Positions 19,831 through 29,200 of a stretch of DNA of 64,000 nucleotides are shown here, piece after piece. The notes under the pieces were generated by a model. That model was not told the DNA's origin. It saw only the letters and a list, made by a program, of their open reading frames with translations, and ran no database searches. The DNA comes from Candidatus Eiseniibacteriota bacterium (lineage in GTDB: Bacteria > Eisenbacteria > RBG-16-71-46), in contig JBGAML010000014.1 in assembly GCA_044223005.1 (NCBI GenBank), positions 1 through 64,000 of the forward strand. The letters are read 5' to 3'. Every line of letters starts with the position of its first letter. The first letter of the stretch is position 1. Both the position numbers and the translations under genes were made by a program.

Positions 19831-20807
19831 TCCGACCGCGCATCTGGCCGTGGGTCGAATCCCCGACGCGCATGGTGGAGACGCTGCTCGTCTGGCTCTC
19901 CGTCGTGGTCGTCAGCGCGTTCGTCTTCCGGCTCGTGCAGTACCAGCGCGCGTTCCTCGACGTGTACTTCCTCCCCGTCGCCTGGGCGTCGTGGCGGCTC
20001 GGGCGCGCGCGCGGCGTGACGACGGCCGTCGCGTCCGCGACGATCGTGATCGGCGCCGCGCTCATGAACGACGCCCTGTTCACGAACGCAGGCCACGACC
20101 CGTGGGTGCGCTTCACCGACCTCGGGCTCTGGGCCGGCTTCCTCTTCCTCGCGGCGTACGCCGTGGCGATGCTCTCCGAGCGCGATCGCCGCCACCTCGC
20201 CGACGCGCGCCGCGTATACACCGGCGTGCTCGAGATCCTCGCCAAGGTGATCGACTCGATCGACCGCTCCACCGACAACCACTCGCGCCGCGTCGCCGCG
20301 CGCGCCATCGAGGTCGGCCGCTACCTCAAGCTCCCGGCCGACGACCTCGAGACGCTGCGCGTCGCGGCCTACCTGCACGACATCGGCAAGGTCGAGGTGA
20401 GCGCCGACGTGCTGCAGAAGGCGGCGGAGCTGACGGCCGAGGAGCGGGCCGAGATCGAGCGCCACGTGGACTACGGCGAGCACCTGCTCACGCGGCTCGG
20501 CGGCCTGCTCGAGCGCGTCGTGCCGCTCGTGCTCTACCACCACGAGCGCTGGGACGGGCGCGGCTACAAGGGCCTCGTCGCGAACCAGATCCCGCTCGGC
20601 GCGCGCATCATCGCCGTGTGCGACACCTACGACGCGATCGTCGCCGACCGTCCCTACCGCAGCAGCCGCTCGCACGAGGAGGCGATGCGGATCCTGCGCG
20701 ACGGCCGCGACCACCAGTTCGACCGCCGCGTCGTGGACGCGTTCGTCTTCATCTTCGACAACGCCCCGCCGGCCGAAGCACCAGTCGAGCACCGCGAAGC
20801 GGCCTGA
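19827..20807 (+). CDS. Membrane-bound HD-GYP-like phosphodiesterase
   Basis: About 4 TM helices, then HSRRVA, LHDIGK, HHERWDGRGYKG, IIAVCDTYDA and RPYR. ATGA overlap with the ATPase gene. Confidence 0.88.
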   Translation: MIRPRIWPWVESPTRMVETLLVWLSVVVVSAFVFRLVQYQRAFLDVYFLPVAWASWRLGRARGVTTAVASATIVIGAALMNDALFTNAGHDPWVRFTDLGLWAGFLFLAAYAVAMLSERDRRHLADARRVYTGVLEILAKVIDSIDRSTDNHSRRVAARAIEVGRYLKLPADDLETLRVAAYLHDIGKVEVSADVLQKAAELTAEERAEIERHVDYGEHLLTRLGGLLERVVPLVLYHHERWDGRGYKGLVANQIPLGARIIAVCDTYDAIVADRPYRSSRSHEEAMRILRDGRDHQFDRRVVDAFVFIFDNAPPAEAPVEHREAA

Positions 20808-20960
20808 TCGGCGTCTCGCGCCGCGGCTCGCCGCCCGGCGCCCCCGCGGTCGCGGTGGCGGCTCGCGAACCTCCCGGGCTAGACTGGCGCGCGCCGCACG
20901 CCCGCCGTCCCGTTCCACCCCGGGAGAGCCCGCCGTGAACCGCAACCCCCTCGCCCGTCC

Positions 20961-21548
20961 GTGAAGCGCCTCCTCGTCCTCGCCGTACTCGCCGCGCTGG
21001 CGATCGCGGGCGTGGCCGCATGGCGCACGCAGCTCGTGCGCGTGGAAAGCCGCGCGTCCGTACCGGCGCCACTGCAGGTGCGCGCGGCCGCGGCCCGGCC
21101 GGCGGCGCGTTTCGATCAGAGCCTGCCGATGGTGCCGGTCGGCGTCGAGCGCGTCACGCCCGCCGGCGGCGTGCTGCTCGTGCACTACTGGGCGCCCTGG
21201 CAGCGTCACAGCGGGCCGCAGGCGGTGGCGCTCGATTCGCTGCGCCGGACGCTCGCTCCCGGCACGATGCGGCTCGCCGTCGTCTGCTTCGATCCCTACC
21301 CCTCGGTGTCGCGCTACGTCGCGCGCATGCGGCTGCGGCTGCCGGTGCTGCTCGACCTGCGGCACGCGCTCGCCGACCAGCTGCCGTGCCCGCAGGTGCC
21401 GTACACGTACGTGATCGACACCTCCGGCCGGATCGCGGTCGAGCAGCCCGGCGAGATCGACTGGCTCGCACCCGCGACGCGCGCGGCGCTCGAGCGCCTC
21501 GCGGCCGAGCCGCCGACGGCGCCCACCCGCCGCGGGCCGCCGAGCTGA
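20961..21548 (+). CDS. TlpA/ResA-like thioredoxin-fold protein lacking CxxC
   Basis: N-terminal anchor; LLVHYWAPWQRHS, PVLLD and VPYTYVIDTSGRI. Confidence 0.7.
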   Translation: MKRLLVLAVLAALAIAGVAAWRTQLVRVESRASVPAPLQVRAAAARPAARFDQSLPMVPVGVERVTPAGGVLLVHYWAPWQRHSGPQAVALDSLRRTLAPGTMRLAVVCFDPYPSVSRYVARMRLRLPVLLDLRHALADQLPCPQVPYTYVIDTSGRIAVEQPGEIDWLAPATRAALERLAAEPPTAPTRRGPPS

Positions 21549-21568
21549 CGGAGCGGCCACCCGGAAAC

Positions 21569-21603
21569 ACGAACGCCCCGGCGGGATCCGCCGGGGCGTT
21601 CGT
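21569..21603. terminator. Bidirectional terminator
   Basis: 16-bp inverted repeat ACGAACGCCCCGGCGG-GAT-CCGCCGGGGCGTTCGT between convergent genes. Confidence 0.7.
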
Positions 21604-21621
21604 ATGAACGGGCGAGCGCGC

Positions 21622-22125
21622 TCAGGCGCGCGAGACGGCCTCGCGCGACGGCCACACCGCGCGCAGCAGCGCGAGCGAGCCGAAGAGCACCGCGACGTAG
21701 AAGACGTCCGAGGCGAGCGTGTTGCGGAAGAACGGCAGGCCGGCGGCGTAGCACTCGACGAGCCCGGCCAGCGTGCGCGGGTAGTAGCCGCTCGCCCACA
21801 TGCCGAAGTTCGAGAGCGCGAAGAAGCCCACCGAGCTCGCCAGCGTCGCGCCGGCGAGGCGCGGCAGCGAGCGGGAGCGCGAGAGCAGGCCCGAGCCGAG
21901 CGCGAGGCACGCCGCGAACCCGAGGTAGTTCCAGAACATGCTCACCGGGTGGTAGAAGCCGATCAGCGCGTCGCTGGCGAGCAGCGCGGCGAAGGGCACC
22001 AGCCACGAGGCGCGGCGGCCCATGGTCGCCCCCGCGAACAGGCCGATCGCGGCGACCGGCGTGAAGTTCGGCGCGTGCGGCAGCAGGCGCGACGCGACCG
22101 CGAGCAGGATCAGCACGACGACCAT
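21622..22125 (-). CDS. DUF6580-like membrane protein (ECF S-component-like transporter)
   Basis: SRLLPHAPNFTPVAAIGLFAG, FFALSNFGMW and CYAAGLPFFRNTLASD; GAGGTG RBS. Confidence 0.8.
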   Translation of the reverse strand: MVVVLILLAVASRLLPHAPNFTPVAAIGLFAGATMGRRASWLVPFAALLASDALIGFYHPVSMFWNYLGFAACLALGSGLLSRSRSLPRLAGATLASSVGFFALSNFGMWASGYYPRTLAGLVECYAAGLPFFRNTLASDVFYVAVLFGSLALLRAVWPSREAVSRA

Positions 22126-22239
22126 CGGTTCACCTCGGATGGGCGACACACGGTCGCCCGGCGAGAGTCGGGGACCCAACCTCCCCGTCGGTCTGGCCTG
22201 CCGGCATCCCTGCCTCCGGCCGCGGCCTGCGATGGAAAA

Positions 22240-22315
22240 TGGTGGAGCTGAACGGGATCGAACCGTCGACCTCTTGACTGCCAGTCAAGCGCTCTCCCAG
22301 CTGAGCTACAGCCCC
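22240..22315 (-). tRNA. tRNA-Ala(GGC)
   Basis: GGGGCTGTAGCTCAGCTGGGAGAGCGCTTGACTGGCAGTCAAGAGGTCGACGGTTCGATCCCGTTCAGCTCCACCA, 76 nt, encoded CCA. Confidence 0.97.
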
Positions 22316-22340
22316 ACCCATAGTGTTCTCGGGCCGCAAT

Positions 22341-22370
22341 GGTTTACACCAGTTCCGCGGGCGCCGTCAA
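22341..22370 (-). promoter_or_regulatory. Putative promoter of tRNA-Ala
   Basis: Minus strand TTGACG-18 nt-TAAACC. Confidence 0.4.
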
Positions 22371-22423
22371 ACCGGCACTTCGCGTCCCCGCGGCCCGGAG
22401 TGCCCGTCGCGGCACCCCTCTCA

Positions 22424-23992
22424 TCAGCGACGCCGACGCGGCGGCGAGCCCATGAGCGCGCCGAGCAGCCCGCGCGTCACCGTCGTCGCGACCGTGCGTG
22501 CGACCGAGCGCCCGATCGGCGAGTTGAGCGCCGCACCGATCGCGGCCGCGGCGCCGACGATGGCCGCTCCCGCACCGGCTCCCGGCTGCCCCGGCTGCCC
22601 CGCCGCGGGCGGCGCGCCCGCGTTCGGCGCGGCCGATGCCGCCCCGGCGCCGCCCATGCGCGCGGCGAGCATCTCGCGCGCGCTCTCACGGTCGATCGCC
22701 TGCGCGTAGTGCTTCACCTGCTCCGACGCGCCGAGTTGCGCCTTGAACTCGTCGGCGGTGAGCGGGCCCATGCGCGAGGCCGGCGGGATCATGCGCACCG
22801 CGAACGGCGGCGTCGGCGCCCCCGAGGGCGCGAGCACGGTGACCAGCGCCTCGCCGATCCCGAGCGTCGTGAGCGTCTCCTCGACGTCGTAGAACGGCGT
22901 CTTGGGGAACGTGCGCGCCGCGGCCGCGAGCGCCTTCTGGTCCTCGGGCGTGAACGCGCGCAGCGCGTGCTGCACGCGATTTCCCAGCTGGCCGAGCACG
23001 TCGGCCGGCACGTCCTTGGGGCTCTGCGTCACGAAGTAGACGCCGACGCCCTTGGAGCGCACGAGCCGCACCACCTGCTCGACCTGGTCGAGGAACGCCT
23101 TGCTCGCCGAGTCGAACAGCAGGTGCGCCTCGTCGAAGAAGAAGACGAGCTTCGGCTTGTCCATGTCCCCCACTTCGGGCAGGTCGTGGTAGAGCCGCGC
23201 GAGCATCCACATCATGAAGGTGGAAAAGAGCGCCGGCCGGTCCTGCAGGTCCGAGAGCTCGAGCACGCTCACGAGGCCCTTGCCGCCCCGCACCTCGAGC
23301 AGGTCGTCGACGAGCGCGAACTCCGGCTCGCCGAAGAAGAGCCCCGCGCCCTGCTGCTCGAGCTGCACGAGGTCGCGCAGCAGCACGCCCACGGTCGCCT
23401 TGCTCATGCCGCCGTAGCTCGCCAGTTCGGCCGCGCCCTCGCCGCTCAGGTGCTGCAGCACGGCGCGCAGATCCGAGAGATCGAGCAGCGGCAGGTGGCG
23501 ATCGTCGCAGTACTTGAACACCATCGCGAGCACGCTCGACTGCGTGTCGTTCAGGTCGAGCACGCGCGCGAGCAGCAGCGGGCCGAAGCTCGACACGGTC
23601 GCGCGCAGCTGCGCGCCGTTGACTCCCGTCAGGCTCAGGAACTCGACCGGGCAGCCCGCGGCGGTCCACGTCCAGCCGGTGTCCTTCGCGCGCTGCGCGA
23701 CGCGATCGTTGCTCGCGCCCGGCGTCGTCATGCCGCTCAGGTCGCCCTTGATGTCGGCGAGGAAGACCGGCACGCCGGCCGCGGAGAACTGCTCGGCGAG
23801 CAGCTGCAGCGTCTTGGTCTTGCCGGTGCCGGTCGCGCCCGCGATGAGCCCGTGCCGGTTGGCCATCGCGAGCGGCAGCGTGGCGAGCGGCTGCGGCTCG
23901 CACTCGCCCTGGTGCACGATCGCACCGAGCGTGAGCGCGCCGGGCCCGCGCGGGAATGCCTGCTTCGCGGCGTCGAGAACCTTGGCGTCCAT
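22424..23992 (-). CDS. DUF853/YjgR HerA-like ATPase
   Basis: ANRHGLIAGATGTGKT, ADIKGDLSG, FFFDEAHLLF, RSKGVGVYFVTQ and QLGNRVQHALRAFTP. Confidence 0.92.
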   Translation of the reverse strand: MDAKVLDAAKQAFPRGPGALTLGAIVHQGECEPQPLATLPLAMANRHGLIAGATGTGKTKTLQLLAEQFSAAGVPVFLADIKGDLSGMTTPGASNDRVAQRAKDTGWTWTAAGCPVEFLSLTGVNGAQLRATVSSFGPLLLARVLDLNDTQSSVLAMVFKYCDDRHLPLLDLSDLRAVLQHLSGEGAAELASYGGMSKATVGVLLRDLVQLEQQGAGLFFGEPEFALVDDLLEVRGGKGLVSVLELSDLQDRPALFSTFMMWMLARLYHDLPEVGDMDKPKLVFFFDEAHLLFDSASKAFLDQVEQVVRLVRSKGVGVYFVTQSPKDVPADVLGQLGNRVQHALRAFTPEDQKALAAAARTFPKTPFYDVEETLTTLGIGEALVTVLAPSGAPTPPFAVRMIPPASRMGPLTADEFKAQLGASEQVKHYAQAIDRESAREMLAARMGGAGAASAAPNAGAPPAAGQPGQPGAGAGAAIVGAAAAIGAALNSPIGRSVARTVATTVTRGLLGALMGSPPRRRR

Positions 23993-24068
23993 GGGAATCG
24001 TTCCTCCGAAGTGGAGCCGCGATGGTACGGGATGCGCGCGTCCGCCGGAAGGCGAAGGCGCCGCGGGA

Positions 24069-26159
24069 TCAGTGCGTCGGGTTGCGCAGCGCGCGTTGCG
24101 CCAGCTCGCCGCCGGGACGGGCGCGCACCAGCGCGTCGGCGAAGGCGCGCGCCTGCGGATCGTTCCGGGCCGCCTCGCCCCCGAGCGCGAAGAAGCGCTG
24201 CAGGGCCTGCTCCGCGGGCGCGAACCGGTTGTTCCAGAAGAGCACCCACGCCCAGCGGTTCCACGCGGCCGGATCCTCCGGCGCGAGCACGCGCGCGATG
24301 TAGCACTCCATGGGCGCCGCGCCGCGCAACGCGGGATCCGCGAGGTGCAGGTCCCCCGCCAGCGCGTGCACGCGCGGATCGAGCGCGTTCTCCCGCGCCG
24401 CGGCGAACAGCACCTCGAGCGCCTGCGCGGTGTCGCGCGCGGCGAGGCGCGCACGCGCGTCGGCGAGTGCCGCGCTCCCGTCGCGCCCGGGCCGGCAGTC
24501 GGCGAGCGCCAGCTCGCGCGCGAAACCCTCGCGATCGCCCGCGTCGAGCTTCATGAACGCGTCCAGGTAGTGCGTGACGGCGGTCGCCTGCGGCGCGCGG
24601 ACGCCGGCGTCGAGCGCCGCGCGCGCCGTCGCTTCGTGGCCGTCGAGCAGCGAACCGAGCGCGACGCTCACCCAGACGTTGGGCTCCCGGGTGCGGTCGA
24701 TCACGCCGCCCGAGCCGTTGACCGAGAACACGAACCGCACCGGCCCGCGGGCGAGCCGCTCCGGCGTCAGGTCCGAGAGGTAGTACGAGCGCAGCGACGG
24801 ATCGTGGTACACGGCGCGCAGCATCGGGCCGTCGCCCGCCTGCAGCGCGGCGAACGCCGGCAGGCCGGCGAGGAAGATGGTCGTGTTCGGCGCGATCGTG
24901 GGCACCTGCTCGTGCATGGAGCGGATCCAGAGATCGACCTGCGCCATCCCGCGTTCGAGATAGAAGCGGTTGACGTGCGACTGCGCGGTGAAGGCTCCGG
25001 GCGCGGTCGCGAACTCGGGCAGTTCGGCGGCGCGCCGCCCGAGCAGGCCCACGACCAGCACCGCGACGACCGCCGCGGCCGCGCTGCCGCGCCGCAGGAC
25101 GAGCCCCGCGAGGAGTGCCGCCCCCGCCATCGCGAAGAGGAAGAAGTAGCTGCTCCAGATCGGCGCCACGAACGCGACCGGCACGGCGGCGGCGAGCACC
25201 CACGCGATCGCCCCGGGCCACGCCATCGGACGGTCCTCCGCGGCTGCGTCGGTGCCGCCGAAGCCGAGGAAGGCGGCGGCCGCCGCCACCGCGATCGCGA
25301 CGACCGCGACGAGGCCGGGAAGCGTGATGCCGGCGCCACCGGTCGACCACTCGATCCCGAGGAACGTTCGCGCCGTGCCGAGCAGGGCCGCGAGTGCACC
25401 GCTCCACGAGAACGCGAGCACGCCGGGGCGCGCGTGGCGCGCCGCGGCACCGGCCGCGAGTGCCGCCCACGCCGCGAGGGCCACGAGCGACGGCGCCACG
25501 CGCAGCAGCGTCGCGCGCCAGGGCTCGCCGCGACGGCGCGCGAGCAGCGCCGCGGGCAGCAGCGCGACCGCAGCGACTTCCTTGGCGAGCGGCGCGAGCA
25601 GGAACAAGGGCGCGGCGGCCCAGCGGCGGTTCTTCGCGAGCAGGAGCATGCCGGTGAGCGAGAGCACCACCGCGAGCAGGTCCTGCGATCCGCTCGCCCA
25701 CAGTACCGGCACGTCCGCGGCCGGCGTCAGCGCGAAGCACGCGGCGGCGATCGCGGCGGCGCGAGCGCCCGCGACTTGCCGCACGAGCGCCCACACCAGG
25801 GCGATCGCGCTCGCGAAGAGCAGCAGGCTCGCCCCGTGGAAGGCGACGGGCGATTCCCCGCCCACGCGCGCCAGCAACCAGAACCAGAGCGCGCGGCCCA
25901 CGGGACGGAAGAAGTTGCCGATCGGGTCGGGCGCGGTGAGCGCAGCGGGCAGCGAGCGACCGCGGACGACGTCGAGGAACAGCCAGTCGTCGGCGAAGAA
26001 CGGCCGCCGGATGGCCGACGCGTGCAGGAGCAGGCCCGCACCGACGGCGAACACGAGCGCGAGCGGGCCGCTCGCGCGCGGGACTCGCGCGCTCTCCCCG
26101 CTCCCGCGCTGCGCCGTCTTCGCGGCCCGGGGGGCCGACCTGCCGTGCCGCGTGCTCAT
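24069..26159 (-). CDS. Multi-TM GT-C-like (PMT/TMTC-type) membrane protein with C-terminal TPR-like helices
   Basis: FFADDW..FFRP after TM1, AKE motif, about 11 TM segments, TPR-like tail; GGAGG RBS before ATG 26159. Confidence 0.65.
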   Translation of the reverse strand: MSTRHGRSAPRAAKTAQRGSGESARVPRASGPLALVFAVGAGLLLHASAIRRPFFADDWLFLDVVRGRSLPAALTAPDPIGNFFRPVGRALWFWLLARVGGESPVAFHGASLLLFASAIALVWALVRQVAGARAAAIAAACFALTPAADVPVLWASGSQDLLAVVLSLTGMLLLAKNRRWAAAPLFLLAPLAKEVAAVALLPAALLARRRGEPWRATLLRVAPSLVALAAWAALAAGAAARHARPGVLAFSWSGALAALLGTARTFLGIEWSTGGAGITLPGLVAVVAIAVAAAAAFLGFGGTDAAAEDRPMAWPGAIAWVLAAAVPVAFVAPIWSSYFFLFAMAGAALLAGLVLRRGSAAAAVVAVLVVGLLGRRAAELPEFATAPGAFTAQSHVNRFYLERGMAQVDLWIRSMHEQVPTIAPNTTIFLAGLPAFAALQAGDGPMLRAVYHDPSLRSYYLSDLTPERLARGPVRFVFSVNGSGGVIDRTREPNVWVSVALGSLLDGHEATARAALDAGVRAPQATAVTHYLDAFMKLDAGDREGFARELALADCRPGRDGSAALADARARLAARDTAQALEVLFAAARENALDPRVHALAGDLHLADPALRGAAPMECYIARVLAPEDPAAWNRWAWVLFWNNRFAPAEQALQRFFALGGEAARNDPQARAFADALVRARPGGELAQRALRNPTH

Positions 26160-26284
26160 CCGGCCTCCATCTCGCGGGGGAACGACGCTGCGAGCGACGA
26201 TGAACATTAGGGATCCGAAAAGCCTGTCGCAACAGACGAATCCGTGACGTCATGACCGCGCTCGTGGGCTAGCGTGCCCGCGGC

Positions 26285-29200
26285 ATGTCCCACCCCGCAC
26301 GAGCGATCTTCCACGATCCCACCGGCCGCAGGCGGCGGTGGACGCTCCGCGTCGCCGTCGCGATCGGCGCGCTGTTCCTCGCCGTCGCGATCGTCTTCCT
26401 CGTGAGCCTCGTGGCGGTCCCGGTGCTCCCGCGCACGGTCGGCCTCTCGACCCCGATGCGCCGGGCGCTCCGCCCCCACCTGCCCGAGCCGGTCAAGCCC
26501 GAGACGCGCCTCACGCGGTTCCTGCTCGGGCAGGAGCGCCGCCGCCTGCTCGCCGCCGTCGCGCGCGACCGGCGCGAGGCCGCCGCGCGCGCGCGGCATG
26601 CGCAGCAGGTCCAGGCGAACGCTCCGGCGATCGTCGCCGCCTTCTACGCGACGTGGCAGGAGACGGGACTCCACTCGCTGCGTGCCAACGCCGAGCACAT
26701 CACGCACCTGATGCCGCTCTGGCTGCGCATCGGCGCCGACGCGAAGAGCCTCGACACGCGCGACTGGAACCCGGAGTGGACCCCGCACAACCACGACGTG
26801 GTCAAGATCGCCAACGAGCACCACGTGCGGATCATGCCGGTGCTCAGCAACGCGCACGAGGGACGCTTCGACACGGCGCTCGCGCACGAGCTGCTCACGC
26901 ACCCGGCGAAGCAGCGAGTGCTGGCCGGCGAGGTGGCGAACTGGCTCGCGTCACACCGGTTCGTCGGCGTCAACGTCGACCTCGAGAACCTGACCGAAGC
27001 CGACGCGCGGCTCGTGCCCGGCTTCCTGCAGCGCCTCTCGACCGTGCTGCACGCCCGCGGCCTGGAGGTCAGCTTCGACCTCGAGGTCGAAGGCAACATC
27101 CCCGACGCCGCCGCGGTCGCGAAGGCCGTCGATTTCGTCGTCGTCATGGCGTACGACCAGCACTACGTCGCCGGCGAGGCGGGCCCGCTCTGCGGCGTCG
27201 ACTGGTTCCGCGAGGTGCTCGAGCGCACGCGCCGCGCGATCCCGCCCGGGAAGTACGTGCTGGGCCTGGGCAACTACGCCTACGACTGGGTCGCCGGCCG
27301 GCCGCCGGGCGACGTGCTCACGTACCAGGAGGCGCTCTACCTCGCGGCGGACAACCACCCCGAGGAGAAGCCCGCCAACGTCGTCGACTTCGACTCGCTC
27401 GCGTTCAACCCGACGTTCCACTACGAGGACGAACAGGGCCGCGACCACGAAGTCTGGATGCTCGACGCCGTCACGAGCGCGAACGAACGGCTGCTCGCGC
27501 AGGAGCGCGGCGTGCGCAACATGGCGCTCTGGGTGCTCGGGACCGAGGACCCGTCGATCTGGAGCTTCCTCGATCCGCAACACCCCGACGCCCCGGCCGA
27601 TCCACGAGCGCTCGCGCGCACGAGCTTTCCGTACGACGTCGAGTTCCAGGGCGACGGCGAACTGCTGACGGTGGCGGCGCTCCCGCAGCCGGGACTGCGC
27701 GACCTCGACCGTGATCCCGCGACCGGGCTCTTCACGGACGAGTCGTACGAGCGCTACCCGACGACCTACATCCTGCAGCGGCGCGGCTTCCGCCCGAAGA
27801 CGCTGGCGCTCACGTTCGACGACGGCCCGAGCACGCCCTACACGGCGCGCATGCTGGACGAGATGCGCGCGCTGAAGGTTCCCGGCACGTTCTTCGTGAT
27901 CGGCGAGAACGCCGAACGCCACCCGGACCTGATCCAGCGCATGTGGGCCGAAGGCCACGAGATCGGCAACCACACCTACACGCATCCCAACATCGCCGCG
28001 GTCTCGAAGCAGCGCGCCACGTTCGAGCTCAACGCCACGCAGCGCGTGCTGCAGGCGAACATCGGCCGCTCGACGCTCATGTTCCGCCCGCCCTACAACG
28101 CGGACGCCGAACCGACGAGCGCCGAGGAAGTGCTGCCGATTCTCGAGGCGGCCAAGCTCGGCTACTTCACCGTCGGCGAATACCTCGACCCGCAGGACTG
28201 GCGCCTGCGCGATCCCGGCGGAGCCCTTCGCACGCCGCAGGAGATCGCCGACCGCGTGATCGACCTCGTGCACCTCGGGCACGGCAACGCGATCCTGCTG
28301 CACGATGGCGGCGGCGACCGCTCCGCGACGCTGGCGGCGTTGAAGATCTTCGTCCCTGCGCTGCGCGCCGAAGGCTACCGGTTCACCACGATCTCGGGGC
28401 TGGTCGGCGAACCGCGCGCCGCGGTGATGCCGCCGGTGAGCCCGAGCGACCGCGCCTTGCTGGGCGGCGACCGGGTGGCGTTCCAGGCGTTGTTCGTCAC
28501 CGAGACGTTCCTGCGCTGGGCGTTCCTCGCCGGCATCGCGTTGGGCGCCGCACGCGTGCTGTGGATGACGGTGCTCGCGCTCCTCGCGTGGCGGCGCGAA
28601 CGCCGCCAGCGCTTCCCGGACGTGCCGCCGCCCACGATCAGTGTCCTGATCGCGGCGTACAACGAGCAGCCGGTGATCGCGCGCACGATCGAGGCCGTGC
28701 TCGGCAATACGGTGGCCCCGCTCGAGGTGATCGTCGTCGACGACGGCAGCCAGGACGGCACGGCGGACGAGGTCGAGCAGCGCTTCGCGCACGAGCCGCG
28801 CGTGCAACTCATGCGGCAGGTCAACGCCGGCAAGGCCGCGGCGCTCAACCGCGCCATCGAAGCCTCGCGCGGCGAGGTGCTCATCTGCCTCGACGCCGAC
28901 ACGCTCTTCACGCGCGACACCATCGGCTACCTCGTGCGCCACTTCGGCGACGCGACCGTGGGCGCGGTGGCGGGCAACGTGAAGGTCGGCAATCGCGTGA
29001 ACGTCTGGACGCGCTGGCAGGCGCTGGAGTACATCACGAGCCAGAACCTCGACCGGCGCGCCTACGGCCTGCTTAACGCGATCACGGTCGTGCCCGGCGC
29101 CGTCGGTGCGTGGCGGCGCGCGGCCGTGCTGCAGGCGGGCGGCTTCCGCAGCGACACCCTGGCCGAGGACATGGACCTCACGTGGCGCATCCGCCGCGCG

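Noticed and set aside
21201..21212. Selenocysteine in the TlpA-like active site
   Set aside because: Codons are CAG and AGC, with no in-frame TGA.
21569..21603. Shared CGG-GAT-CCG apex with the hairpin at 59242-59276 as a REP family
   Set aside because: The stems otherwise differ, and both sit between convergent genes like ordinary terminators.
22126..22239. Cobalamin riboswitch upstream of the DUF6580-like gene
   Set aside because: No B12-box or other conserved core recognisable.
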